In this document: positions 51,584 through 64,000 of the stretch, piece after piece | How the letters are laid out: each line of letters begins with the position of its first letter | Position numbering within the stretch: position 1 is the stretch's first letter | Source: Selaginella moellendorffii | Lineage: Eukaryota; Plantae; Lycopodiophyta | Length of the DNA stretch: 64,000 nucleotides | NCBI RefSeq assembly: GCF_000143415.4 | Contig: NW_003314310.1 | Coordinates: forward strand, 1,110,611-1,174,610 | Direction: 5' to 3' | Translations under genes and position numbers: made by a program | The notes under the pieces: generated by a model | Seen by the model: only the letters and a program-made list of their open reading frames with translations | Databases searched by the model: none | What the model was told of the DNA's origin: nothing

Positions 51584-54162
51584 CTTCTATAAAAAATTGG
51601 TTTAAAGTTGAAGTGGTCGAAGTGTGTGTTTAAGTCCAAAGACATGATTTATCTTGGGTACCAAATTTTCTTATGAGAATTTGCAAGTTAATTCTAACAA
51701 ACTTGTGGTTATTCTAAAGTTCCATACTCCCAAGTGTGTGAAGAATGTGTAGTGTTTCCTAGGCAAGGTGTAATATCTCAATCATTTTGTTGATCATTTT
51801 TTTGATTATACCGCACCGTTATGAGCGTTGCTAAAGTTGTTAGTATTATCTTTCATCTAGTCTGAAGATTGTGAGTGGGTGTTTACAGATCTCAAAGAGT
51901 TATTAATAACTCCTTTGGTTTTGGCATATTCTGACTACACTCAATGTTTCATTTTCCGCATGGATGCTTCTGATATCAATCTTGGAGGTGTGTTGATGCA
52001 AGAGAGCCCGAGTGTATTTGGTCAATGTGATATATCAACCGTACATTACAACTAGCAGAGGTGAACTACTCCATAACAAAGAAGGAGTTTTTAGTAGTAA
52101 TTTAGGGTTTCAAGAAATTTCATGCATATTTATATGGTTCTTGGACGTTATTAAAAAGTGATTATGTTGCAAGTACTTCATTATTAAAATAGAAAAACTT
52201 AATTGGTCATACTGCTCAGTGGGCTTTGAAACTTCAGATGTATGATTTTGATGTTGTTCATCACTTAGGAGTTTTATAGTTGATGCTAATACTATTTTTC
52301 AAACTCTTCTTGCTTCTTTGCTCTCTTCTCATGTTTCTGATGAACCTATTGTTCCAACATTTGTGGATTTTTTGGATGAAAATTCCGTGCCATCGGTGGT
52401 TGTTGTAATTGACATTCAATGTTCATAAAGTGTAGAGCAAAATTTATCATTTCTTGATGAGGTTTATGAGGCTCAAAAAATTGAACTGTGAATTCAAAGG
52501 CTTTGCAATGGGTTTAAAAATCTTGCATCACTTACTAATGACTTACCATTTTGGCATTTACATTCTACATATCGCTTTAAGGACGATCTTTTTATTTTTT
52601 AGGGATGAATCCTAATGATCATTTATGGTTGGTAGTGCTTTCAATTTTTATTCCATGTTTTCTTCACGTTTACTATGATTCTCTTATTTTAGGTGGGCAT
52701 ATGGGACACTGTCGTATGACCCAGAAGTTGTGCAAATCTTTTTATTAGACAGAGATGCGACGTGATGTCATCTAATATATGCGTAGTTACATTTGGTGCC
52801 AAACTTGTAATACTCCCTCTTATGCTGCAATATGATGGTTTGAGTCTATTCCAGTTTTTTGTCTGTTTGAGTTGGTGGCGTTTGATTTGATAGAATATTT
52901 TCCATGATTAAATACTAGTAATGAGTATGTCATTATTGCTTTTGATTATTTAACTTGTTAGGTGGAAAGCAATGCTCTTGTTAGCATATCTATAACTACT
53001 ATTTGATACTTCTTCCTCAATTAAGTGGCGTTTTAGCATTCTTATCCTTAGTGGACTCTTTCAGATAATAGTCTTACATTTATGGCTGAGGCATTTCATA
53101 TTTTTATGTCTTGGTTGGGGATATGCCACACTTTTATGAGTGTTTATCATCCATAGTCAGATAGTTTAGTAGAATGGCTCATTTGGACCTTTAAAAGGAT
53201 GATTGCGAAGTATATGAATTTTCAGCATTCGGATTGGGATGGTTATTTGCGGTCTCTTTAGTATGCATATGTCACAAACGTGCAGAGTTTTATTAGTGCT
53301 TCACTATATAAACTTTTATATGGTCATGATATAATACTGCTAACGGAGTTGGGTTTACATTTGCAATTGTCATAGGCTACTAATACTATGTTGTAGGATC
53401 AGTATTTGACAAATATTTTTCCATTTGTCTAAACAAAGTTTGTTGAACACTTGGGCTGTGTACAAGTGGGACAACAAGAAGGCGACAATTCCCATCATCA
53501 TCCACTTGCAAAATACAAAGTGGATGAATCTTATGGTACATGATTTATTTAGGGGGCTTTTTACTCAATAGAAAGGTTTATATCAAGTGTTGCGGCAAGT
53601 TGGACCATAAGTTTATAAAATTCAACATAACATCTAATAGACTAATCATTTAGAAATTGTGTATATGTAACAATTGAAACACTTTGTACAAAGGGATCAA
53701 AAACAATTAACACTATTTATAGATCCATTGATGCCTCCTCTTAATATTCTTTGAAATCCTAGCCCATCCACAAAAGGATATTAACGGTTTTCCATCATTC
53801 CAAGAAGAAGGGATGATGCAAGGTCCAAATGTATAACTATAATGCTATATATTAATATTAGCATAGTGGGATTTTGGTAGCTATTAAATTGGTTTTAATC
53901 TAAATTTTTTACTTTTATATAAAAAATAATGTTTTTAGGCTAATTGATATATACATTTCTTATATTCTCTTTCCATATTCCATGCACTCACAAAGTGTAA
54001 TTGTGCAAAAAATAAAATGTTAATAAATTAAAACTGCCATTAGGCACTTTTAAACAAGGGTAATAAAAGTTACCTTTATTTACTTGACACGTCACGCGAC
54101 GTTTAGCGTGGCGTCTCAAATATTTCTAGGGTTCTTGCGGGATTTTGGAGCGCAGTGACGTG

Positions 54163-56435
54163 ATGGAGTCGGAGAAATTCGCCTTCCAGGCAGAGATCAA
54201 TCAGCTGCTCAGCCTCATCGTCAACACATTCTACAGCAACAAGGAGATTTTCTTGCGGGAGGTGATCAGCAATGCCTCGGACGTACGTTTGTTTCTCGTT
54301 TTCTTTTTTGCCAGATTCAGTGATGGATTCATGCCCTCTGCCGTCAGGCGCTGGATAAGATTCGCTACCAATCGCTCATCGATAAGAACAAGCTCAAGGA
54401 CGAGCCGGAACTTTTCATTCACATTGTTCCGGACAAGGCAAACAAAACCCTGTCGATCGTCGACAGTGGGATTGGATTGACAAAATACGGTACGGTTGTG
54501 CGCTGTGGTGAGCGTTTTCTTTTGGATTTCATGTTGATGATCATTTCAAGTCTCGAGTGTTCGCCTTTTTTCCTTGGTAGAAAAAAATGTGGAACTGATT
54601 TAATTCTTTCGATGTCCAGAGCTTGTCCACAATCTGGGAACGATTGCAAAATCCGGGACAAGAGACTTTGCTGCTGCTTTGGCTGCCGGAGCAGCGGACA
54701 TATCGCTCATCGGACAGTTTGGTGTTGGATTTTACTCGGCTTTCCTGGTTGCCAACAGCGTCACTGTGGTAAGCAAGCACACTGACGACCAGCAGTATGT
54801 CTGGCAATCCGAAGCGGGAGGTTCTTTTACCGTGTCAAAGGACACTTCGAAAGAGAAACTTAGCCGTGGCACCAAAGTTATTTTGCATCTCAAAGACGAC
54901 CAGGTAGAAACTGCGATGGTGGTGGTGGTGATGGTTCTTTTGTTTCATACAAGTGGCTCGCTATGGTTCAGCTGGAATATCTCGAAGAGAGGAGGCTGAG
55001 TGATCTTATCAAGAAACACTCAGAATTCATCAACTATCCGATTTCTCTATGGACTTCGAAGGCCTCTGGAACTTCAGGTTCCCAGAAAGGGAAGGGGAAG
55101 GAGGACACTCACGAGTGGAAAATCGTGAATAATCAGAGGCCGATTTGGATGAGAAATCCCGCGGAGATTACTCACCAGGAGTACGCTAGCTTCTACAAGA
55201 TCCTCACAAACGACTGGGAGGATCACTTGGCTGTCAAACACTTCTCAGTGGAGGGGCAGCTACAGTTCAAGGCAGTGCTCTACATTCCGAAGCGAGCACC
55301 TTTCGACGTTTTCAATCCGAAGAAGAGACTGAACAATATCAAGCTTTACGTTCGAAGAGTGTTCATTATGGACGATTGCGAGGAGCTGATCCCAGAGTAC
55401 CTTGGATTTGTCCGAGGCATTGTCGATTCGGAGGACTTGCCACTGAACATCTCCCGGGAAATGCTACAGCAGAACAAGATTCTTAAAGTGGTCAAGAAGA
55501 ACCTGACAAGGAAGTGCTTGGAGCTCTTTGCAGAGCTTGCCGAGAACAAGGAGCAGTACCGCAAGTTCTACGACGTCTACTCCAAACATATCAAGCTTGC
55601 TATCCACGAGGACTTTCAGAACCGAGCGAAGCTGGCCGAGCTCCTGCGATATTACTCGACCAAGAGCGGGGACGAGTTGACCAGCTTGAGAGACTACGTG
55701 ACTCGAATGAGGCCCGGGCAGAAGGAGATATATTACATCACGGGAGAGAGCAAGACCGCCGTGCAAAACTCTCCGTTCCTGGAGAAGCTGAAGAAGAAGG
55801 GGCACGAGATCATCTTCATGGTTGATGCTATAGACGAGTACGCCGTTAACCAACTTAAGGAATACGACGGCAAAAGGCTGGTCTCTATCACCAAGGAGGG
55901 CCTCATGATGGAAGAGACTGAGGAGGACAAGAAAGCCAAGGAGCAAAAGAAAGCACAGTACGAGCGCCTATGTAAAGTTATGAAGAACATACTTGGAGAA
56001 GAGGTGGAGAGAGTAGTCGTCTCCGACCGCATCGTGAGCTCTCCATGTTGCCTTGTGACGGGCGAATACGGGTGGACAGCAAACATGGAACGTATCATGA
56101 AGGCGCAAGCCTTACGAGATGCGAGCATGTCCAACTACATGACCAGCAAGAAGACGCTGGAAATCAATACCGACAACTCGATCATGAACGCGCTGAGGAT
56201 CAGAGCAGACAGAAACGAGAAGGATACTGCAGTGAGGGACGTGGTGCTACTGCTTTTTGAGACGACGCTCTTGACATCTGGATTCAGCCTTGAAGATCCA
56301 ACTGCATTTGGAGCCAGAATCAGTCGCATGCTAAAGCTGGGACTCAACCTTCACGATGCGACGACAGTTCCTGAGAAGCGTGCCGAGCATGCTCCTAGTG
56401 GAAGCAGCAGCCACAAAATGGAGGAGGTCGACTAA
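54163..56435 (+). CDS. HSP90: Cytosolic-type HSP90, divergent
   Basis: [36 protein letters not shown], terminal MEEVD. Confidence 0.93.
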
Positions 56436-56557
56436 GAAAAATTACGGGTCAGTGTCTGCAGGACAAAGAATAAGCTACACTGTTATTACGTGGTTACTAC
56501 ATCGACTTGAGTCACTCCAAGTCTGGTTCGCTTGAACGGGTGCGGTTCTATCTCCGA

Positions 56558-57602
56558 CTACTGGTGCTTATTCTTCGTTCTCTTTATGGTCGTCTCCAGG
56601 AACTTGTCCTCCCTGTAAGCGAAGTACATCGACAGACAGGCTCCTGGTCCGAGTATAGGCACTCCAAGCAGTATACAAAGGGCAGCTGTAGTTCCGTCCT
56701 CTACAGCCGTCAAGTACACCATCGCAGCAAAAAGGACGAGGCAGTCTATCAAAAGGAAGAAGCTGCACCAAAGGTCTCCTGGGTGGTGCCACAAGAGTTG
56801 AAGTGCTTTGGACGGAATTTCTGGATCGTCCAGCACGAGCAGGATCGCAACAATGTGCCAGACGGCTGCTTTACCAGCTTGCATGAAGTGAAGATGGACC
56901 ACGGCCTTGTGTCCACTGGCTGGATCGGAGTCTTTGGTGGTGGTGATGGGGAGCCAGAATATTGGACAAACTATGGGTGCGAATTGAAAGAGGAAGATGG
57001 CGAGGTCTTTGTTCACATTTTTCAGAGGCAGCACCATGGCTACGGAAATAATCTCAAAGAATAGGAGAGCAAACTGGATAAGTACTGCACGGTGGGAAGA
57101 TATTGTTTTATCACAAGCATGTCGAGGAGATCTCTCAGCTGCGTTCGAAAGGATATAGATGGGGAGCCAGAGGGCCGGAACGACAACAGAAATGCCACCA
57201 ACTTGGAAGAGAAAGGCGTAGATTGGTGTGAGGCTGAGGAGCCAGGCGTGTCCATATCGTGAAGCTTCTACAGCTATGAAAGCAAAGGTGGATATGGCGA
57301 CGGAAAGCAAGTAGCCAGAGATCCAGAGTCCGAGGCTACTGTCCAGGGCGGTCTTGAAGAAAAATACCAGAACACAGATAAATCTGTCGATGGCGTGGTT
57401 GCCAAACCTGTCGACAAAGAAAATAGTGAGCAGCCAAGAACATGACATCCACTGACCTGAAAGGGTACGTCACCGAATCCGGGCAGCCAGCAGCTATGGA
57501 AGACATGGAGACTTCTGCTTGCTCAAAGATCAACTTTGCTGTCCACAAGCCAAGGATGACGAGCGGAGCTGCGGTAGCTACCTTCTTGCTCATCACCGCC
57601 AT
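56558..57602 (-). CDS. Multi-pass membrane protein, fungal CtvD/AurD-like, 331 aa
   Basis: Exons 57602-57457 and 57407-56558 in phase; IDRFICVLVFFF, AVEASR, FQVGGISVVVP, GPGA...AYRE. Confidence 0.65.
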
Positions 57603-57688
57603 AGCCTCCAGGTAGAAATGAATTTCTATATAGGCTGTACAGTATCAGGTATATGGCTGTGACAAAAAGAGTTGTCAAACAGTCGGAG

Positions 57689-59450
57689 CTACGGACTTCG
57701 CTGCTGAAGCTGGATCCCGTGCGCCCGCAAGCTTCGCTCCTCGATCTATAAACGAGGATGACCAACAAGAAGCTATCAAGTAAAAGCAGCACACCTCCAA
57801 AGACGCGATTCTCTCAAGAAGTTGCTTACACTCCCGGACAGATGCTTTCTCGAGTGCTACGGTCTGTGCGAGGTCCTGTGCTAAAAGGCTTTGCTCTTGA
57901 GCCTGCGGAAGAGAGGCCAACGCACAATTCTTCGCAACTTTGGGAGCAACGACAAACCTTTGGAAGCAAGTGATAAGTGGATGCTTCGACGGATTCCAAG
58001 ATAAGGCTTGCGTGCTGAAGTGCTCCGTAAATTATTAGAGCATCGCCCTGCAAAGACAACATTCACAAGTTCGTCTGATAAGATTTACTTTGCTGCGTAC
58101 CTTTGCACCCCGACACAGAGGAACTCGCAGCACATCGGCATTTAACGCTCCAACCATTTCATCCAGTGTAGACGAGAGCTTGTCTTCCAGCCGGGACCAT
58201 TCTTCAAGGCCTTTCTCCTGCAAGTTTACTCACGACTAAGGACCAAGGCAAACTCCGCTGCTTACATGGGATTCAAGGACCGACGCAAGCTTAAGGCTCT
58301 CTGTGGCTTTGTCCAACTTTATCTGATCCATCGCAACGACGGTACGAAGGTCACAGATACGAGCCCAGGCATTGAACAGCAATCTCTGTACTATAAAGGA
58401 TTTAGCACAAGTCGAACGCAGAGGTCGTACCTTAGCGGCTGCTTCCTGGGAGCTGAGAGCAGCGTGAGCGCGAGCATTAACAAATCGCCACTGAAGGTGG
58501 CGGTTGTGAAGAACTTTGAGAAGTTGAGCCTCGTCTTGCTCTGCGGCTGCTCGTTTTACGGGGCTTCCGTGAGAGGAAGATGGTCTCGAGCTTGGTGGGC
58601 TTGGCAGTGTTCTTGATGGAGATGGAAACGTCCCTGGAGATGGAGTTCTAAATGGAGATCGTGGACGAACAGGGAACTCTTCACAGCTCGGTGTTGTTTT
58701 TGTCAGCGGTGTAGAATCAGAAGCAGCTGGTTCGTGGTGGTGTAGATTTTCGTCGACTTCGTTTCCAGTGATGGTGGAGCTCAGGAGTTTCCTGTGTGAA
58801 GGTTTCTTCTTCGTGGTGAAGTTCCCTCCTGACTCCGACCATCTCTGTACCACATATTGAGGTGATCCAAGGCTTCCATTGACGGACATGGACATGCATT
58901 TGGGATTGGAGTATGCTTTGGTTGCTGCTGGCGCATGAGTTCGAGAAGAAGATGGTGCGGGCGACTTTCGGGAAGAAGTTTTATTTTTGGTCGAAGATAA
59001 GTTGACGCTCTTGCAGATCGGCATTGCCCCCGGCTTGTTACAAGCAAATACCGCTTTCGTTGACGTCGTGGATTGCTCGAAGAGGTTATCCCGAGGCTTC
59101 TCATTCTCGGCTTGCTCCAGATTTTTCCTGCTACTTCGCACAGCTTTCTCGTCGACCTTGCTGCTCTCTTCTTTGTTGAGCGAAGGCCACAGACCGTCCG
59201 GCCGAGAGGAAGCTCTTTGCTGGCTTGAAGATGACGATGGAGAAGACAGGCTGCCGAGATCAATCGATGAAGTTCCAACCGGTGACAAGGAAGTTTTCCT
59301 AGAAGCAAGTTTGTACCTGGAAGCAACTTCCCGAACTCGAGACCTTCGGAGCTGCGTTGAACCGGTGTTCTCCTCGAGCGAAGGAGCAAACGGCACTCGG
59401 CCATTGTCTAGAGCTCGATCCTGCTGCCGTTTACTGGTACTTTGAAGCAT
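57689..59450 (-). CDS. QWRF-motif microtubule-associated protein (AUG8/SCO3 family); start uncertain
   Basis: REVASRYK, HNRHLQWRFVNARA, IEERSLRAH...*. Confidence 0.85.
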
Positions 59451-60609
59451 TGCTTCTTCGGAATTCAGCTCAACCCATGGACGGATTCCTCTACGCCGAA
59501 GCTCTTCTAAACGTTCTCTATTCTACTATGGGGGAGATACATACCGCTGCCGCAGGAAGGGTGATGGTTTTCGCAGTGCTGAGGCCCCGATTTTCTACAC
59601 ACTTCATGGCCTGCCTCAACAAACCTTGCCACCAAACATCGCCAGAAATTTCCCCTCGCACTCATCACAACAACAACAACAACGAAAGAGAGAAGACACG
59701 AGATATACTTGAGCTCCAAGGTAACTTAAGTCGGTACTCGGCAGGCTCAAATCAGAAACCACTGTTTACGGGAGGAATGCTTCCGCGAGTTGCGCACGAA
59801 TACACATCCGCGATGCACCAACCAGTCCTGGAGAAAAGATAAAGAAAGAAAGCATGAAGAAAGGGAAAAGAAGGAAAGTTTGGATTATCTTGGAGCCAAC
59901 AACCATTTTCCTCTGCTGGTGGCCGATACTTGTCGATTTGCGAAGAGCTCGGATAGCGATGTTCCGTTGGAGTTCCTCTCCTCATGGGCAGCTCAGCACA
60001 AGATACATGCTTCGCTGCTTCTTCCCCGTTCTTAAAGAAGACGAGCAAGCTTGCAGCAGCTGTCTCGCGCAACATGGCAAACCGTCCGAGAAACGAACGC
60101 TGGAACGAACAAAGGCTGGAACAAACAAAGGCAGCAACGAGAAATGAATTCGCAAAACAGATTTCAAGTGCTTTCCGACAAGGAACTTCTTTGTGCTGGC
60201 TGGCTGGCTGGCTGGCTGACTGCTGCGAAGGTGAGGAGGAAGATCGAATTTATACAGTACGACAGCCGTAAGAAATCCGTGTTCCCTGTCCGGAGCTTTG
60301 CCAACTTTCCTGACCGGCGTGGAGAGATCGGGTCAGGTCATGCCTGGAATATGTAAGTTAAAAAAATGGAGCGGATGCTTTCGTTCCGTTTGCATGCCAA
60401 GAAGGTGGTGGTGCGATGGTGGTGGCGGTCCCAGGCAACCAACCATGCTCCCTTTGTCTTTAAAGAAGGGAAGAAGACCGCTCTACAGAGGAAACAGGAT
60501 TTTCTGCCATAGACTCGGTACGTGTTCCCTTTTATCGTTATTGTTTTTCGAGGCAGGATCTTACGCTGCCGCTGTTCTTTCGTGCTGTGCAGATCCGCCA
60601 GCAGAAAAA

Positions 60610-61919
60610 ATGAGGCGCTCGCAGAATTTCTCGACGCTTGTTGTTGCTTTCCTGCTGCTCGTCGTCGGCATTGGCGAGTTCATGACATGCGCTTCCGCTT
60701 TCAACGTGCCGATGATGTTCGTGTTTGGCGACTCGTTTGTGGACTCCGGAAACAACAACCATCTCAACACAACTGCTCGAGCAAACCATCAGCCTTACGG
60801 CATAAACTTTGAGGAGAGGCGTGCCACCGGAAGATGGTCCGATGGAAGGATTGTAACGGACTACCTGGGTAAGTTTTCTTCTTATTGCAAAGTAGACAAG
60901 GAAATGGATGGAAATCTTATCCCGTCTTCTCGTGGCAGCGGATTACATCGGCCTGTCGTATCCTCCGTGTTTTTTGGACTCCGTCAACATCACTCGAGGT
61001 GCAAACTTCGGCTCGGCTGGCTCTGGAATCCTCAACATTACCCATATCGTAAGTTCACTGGAAAAAAAAATTAATGGAGCTTACTTACATGATCGCTTTG
61101 AACAGGGAGGGGAAGTTCTAACGTTCACGGACCAAGTAAACGGCTTCGACACGTACGTTACGAACCTGAACCAGATGCTCGGAAGAACGCTGTCCGAGTA
61201 CTTGGTGTCCAGATCCATCTTCTACATAAACATCGGCAACAACGACGTGAATGACTACCTTTTGGATCACAATGCCACAGCGCTTCCCTTCGGCTTTCGT
61301 GCCAGCCTCCTGTACCAAATGCAAACCAAGATCCAGGTTTGTCGTTGATTCAAATAAGATTGCTTCCAACTTCTGACTATTTCTTTCCAGCAACTCTACC
61401 GAGCCGGGGCTCGCAAGATGATCGTCACGTCGAACTACGCTCTCGGCTGCGCGCCAATGTACCAGATTTACGGGAGGTGCAACCCGGTCGGCCTGAACGC
61501 CGCCAGGTACTACAACCAGGGCCTGTTTGATCTCCTCCAGACTCTCCAGCGCACGCTCAGAGGCCTCGTCATTGTCTACGCCAACGCCTTCCAAGTCATG
61601 ATGGACGTCCACCAGCAGCCACTTTTCTACGGTAAGAAAGTCGTGGTTCTATCGATCTCTGTGGAGGAAGAGCTGAGAAACTTGGTTGGTTTTCCCAGGA
61701 ATGCGCAATGTCACACACCCGTGCTGTCCGAACTTCAGCCGACCCCAGAACCGCTGGTGCTACTCGTCCGATACGTTCTGCCAGCAGCCGTCGGGATACT
61801 TGTTCTGGGACACGGCTCACCCGACCGATGCCTTCAACCGCATCGCCGCTCAGAGGTTCTGGCAGGGAGACTTAAGATACGCGTTCCCGATGAACGTCCG
61901 GACCCTGGCCAATCTCTAA
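60610..61919 (+). CDS. GDSL esterase/lipase
   Basis: Signal peptide, FGDSFVDSGNN, GRWSDG, GANFGS, IGNND, WDTAHPT; five exons. Confidence 0.92.
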
Positions 61920-62005
61920 GTTCAAGAGCTGCTACTGCTACTGCTAGTTCTAAGCACTCCTTTCCATTTGTTTGATAGAGTTTAAAAAGGAGATAAAATA
62001 AAAAG

Positions 62006-64000
62006 ATGTCAGTCGCGGAGTTCTCTTCGATCTCGCTTTTCTCAGAGTTTTCTTCTTCGTCTCAGATGAGGAATTTCTCCACCAATCTCGTGAGCGACGC
62101 CGCGGAGAAGGGCAGCGGCTGGATTGCGCAGAGGTAGCGCGTTTTTTTCGTGTTTCTTGCCTAAGAATCCACGACATGATCTAGGAAATGGGATGCATTG
62201 GTCGTGGGAGGTGGTCACAACGGGCTCACGGCGGCGGCCTATCTCGCGAGAGCTGGACTGGCGGTGGCGGTGCTGGAGCGGAGGCATGTCCTTGGCGGCG
62301 CTGCTGTCACTGAGGAGATTGTTCCCGGATTTAAGTTTTCTCGCTGTAGCTACCTCCAAAGCTTGCTTCGTCCATCTGTGATCAAGTTGGTTCTTTCTTT
62401 CTCGCTTTTCTCGATTCTCTAGAGTTGGTTTTTATGTCTTTCTTTTCCCAGGGAGCTGGAGCTTCACAAGCATGGCATGAAGCTTCTGCCAAGGAACCCT
62501 TCGTCGTTTACACCCAGTTTGGATGGGAGTTATCTGCTCATGGGACCGGATGCTGGTTTGAATCACAGCGAGATCTCTAAGTTTTCAAAGAAGGACGCTG
62601 ATGCATATCCAAGGTGGTATAGAAACTGTCGAGATAGCTAACATCGTTTCCATGAAAGCTCGCAGGTATGAGCAACAGCTCGAGAAGTTCAGTTCCTTCA
62701 TTGCGCCTCTCGTGGATACGGTTCCACCCGAGGTGTCGAGCAAAGCATCCTTGACAAGCCATGTCTCTCGGCTTAAAGTTCTTGCTGGCATTGTCAACCG
62801 GAGCTTTGGAATGAGCCAAGCAGACATGGTGTAAGGTTTTCATGCGGGTTTATGTTCAGAGTTGTCTGTTCTTTCCTGACAGTGCTTTCATGGAACTCCT
62901 GCTCGCTCCAGCCTCTAGAGTTCTCGACAACTGGTTCGAGGTAAAATCACAATGATTTGAAGTGATTTCATGTTTTCTTTCTTCAGTCAGATCTGCTCAA
63001 AGCAACGCTTGCTACAGATGCCATCATCGGTACCATGGTGAGATGAAACTTACCTCTAGAAGTTGGATCATTTCCACACTCTTTGATGCCACAGGGAAGT
63101 GTTGACACCCCTGGAAGCGGCTACGTTCTTCTTCACCACGTAATGGGAGAAACCGAGGGAGCTCGTGGAATCTGGTCGTAAGTTGTCGAATTCATCCTTG
63201 TCTTTGGAGTCTAATCCTAGAGTTCCTGGAGAAACACTCTAGATATGTTCAAGGTGGGATGGGATCTATCTCGATGGCCATAGCAGCAGCAGCAAAAGAA
63301 GCAGGAGCAACTCTGGTGACCAATGCCAAGGTTTGTTCGTTTGCTTTCTCTTTCTACTTGTTTTGTAGGGTGATCCTTTCTCACTCAGGCAGGGATGGAA
63401 ACTTTAAGGTTGACAAGTTTATTGTGGAGGCAAGCAGCGGTGATAGCGCATCTGTGACAGGAGTAAGAACTCTCTATTTCATTTCAAACTCCAACTGCAA
63501 GAGCTTTGTTTTGCCAGGTGACTCTGGAAGATGGCACACACATTGAAGCCAAACGAGTTCTCTCAAATGCAACAGCGGCGACAACGTTCTTGGTATGTCG
63601 ACCCGATGATGGTTGAAATGAAACCAAACACTTTTTTTTTTTTTTTTGTACAGAAAATGGTTCCGAGTGGTGTACTTCGTGAGGACTTCCTCAACGAGAT
63701 CAGTAAGATTGACTACCAATCGGTAAGTCTTAACAACTTATTCCTGCGTTGCTTGTCAAACGTAGAAAATCCAGGGGACAACGAAGCTGAATCTGGCTGT
63801 GAGTGAGTTACCACGCTTTCGAGCATGCAGCGGCAAAGGCCAAGAAGATCCTGGGCCGGAACACCGTGGAACGATACATCTTGGAGCTGACAAGTAAGAA
63901 CTTTGTCTCTAGAAATTCTCAAAATTGCCTGTTCTGTAGCATGCAGGACCTTCTAGCAGCACATAAGGACGCCTGTAATGGTTACTCATCAACCAGACCA
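62006..64000 (+). CDS. FAD-dependent oxidoreductase, PYROXD2/phytoene-dehydrogenase-like, partial
   Basis: [48 protein letters not shown]; runs off the window end. Confidence 0.88.

Larger units (their letters stand above)
47768..53990 (+). mobile_element. Decayed Ty3/Gypsy LTR retrotransposon
   Basis: LTR remnants 47768-47812 and 53817-53990 share ends; PBS-like TGGTGGAAATG at 47816; PPT AAGAAGAAGGGATGA; gag knuckle, RT (KIAFRTLFGLYKF), RNase H (DASDINLGGVL), then integrase; many stops. Confidence 0.88.

Overview
Gene-dense, intron-rich land-plant nuclear DNA. Introns of about 45-70 nt and very short intergenic gaps are most consistent with a compact lycophyte genome such as Selaginella (inferred from style, not searched). 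About 1-23 kb is a rearranged accessory zone of duplicated gene fragments and retroelement debris. It holds an apparently intact six-exon gene (3449-6739) encoding a coiled-coil header, P-loop NTPase, PD-(D/E)XK-like nuclease and Zn finger (Crinkler/CR-effector-like), flanked by direct repeats. It also holds two identical tRNA-Leu(CAA) genes, each head-to-head with a member of a His/Asp-rich secreted-peptide family, CRK/METTL4/PPR/KRI1/RCC1 pseudogene fragments and a HOTHEAD-like GMC oxidoreductase. About 23-64 kb is mostly conserved genes: ZRANB3-like helicase, RPH1, BAGP1-like, alpha-tubulin, UGE, CCR4, three BAHD acyltransferases (two broken), a linker-less HSP90, a QWRF protein, a GDSL lipase and a PYROXD2-like gene. 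This part also contains a decayed Ty3/Gypsy element with a nested solo LTR and a membrane-protein gene resembling fungal CtvD/AurD proteins (HGT candidate). Family calls are from motif recognition only; exon boundaries were read by eye.
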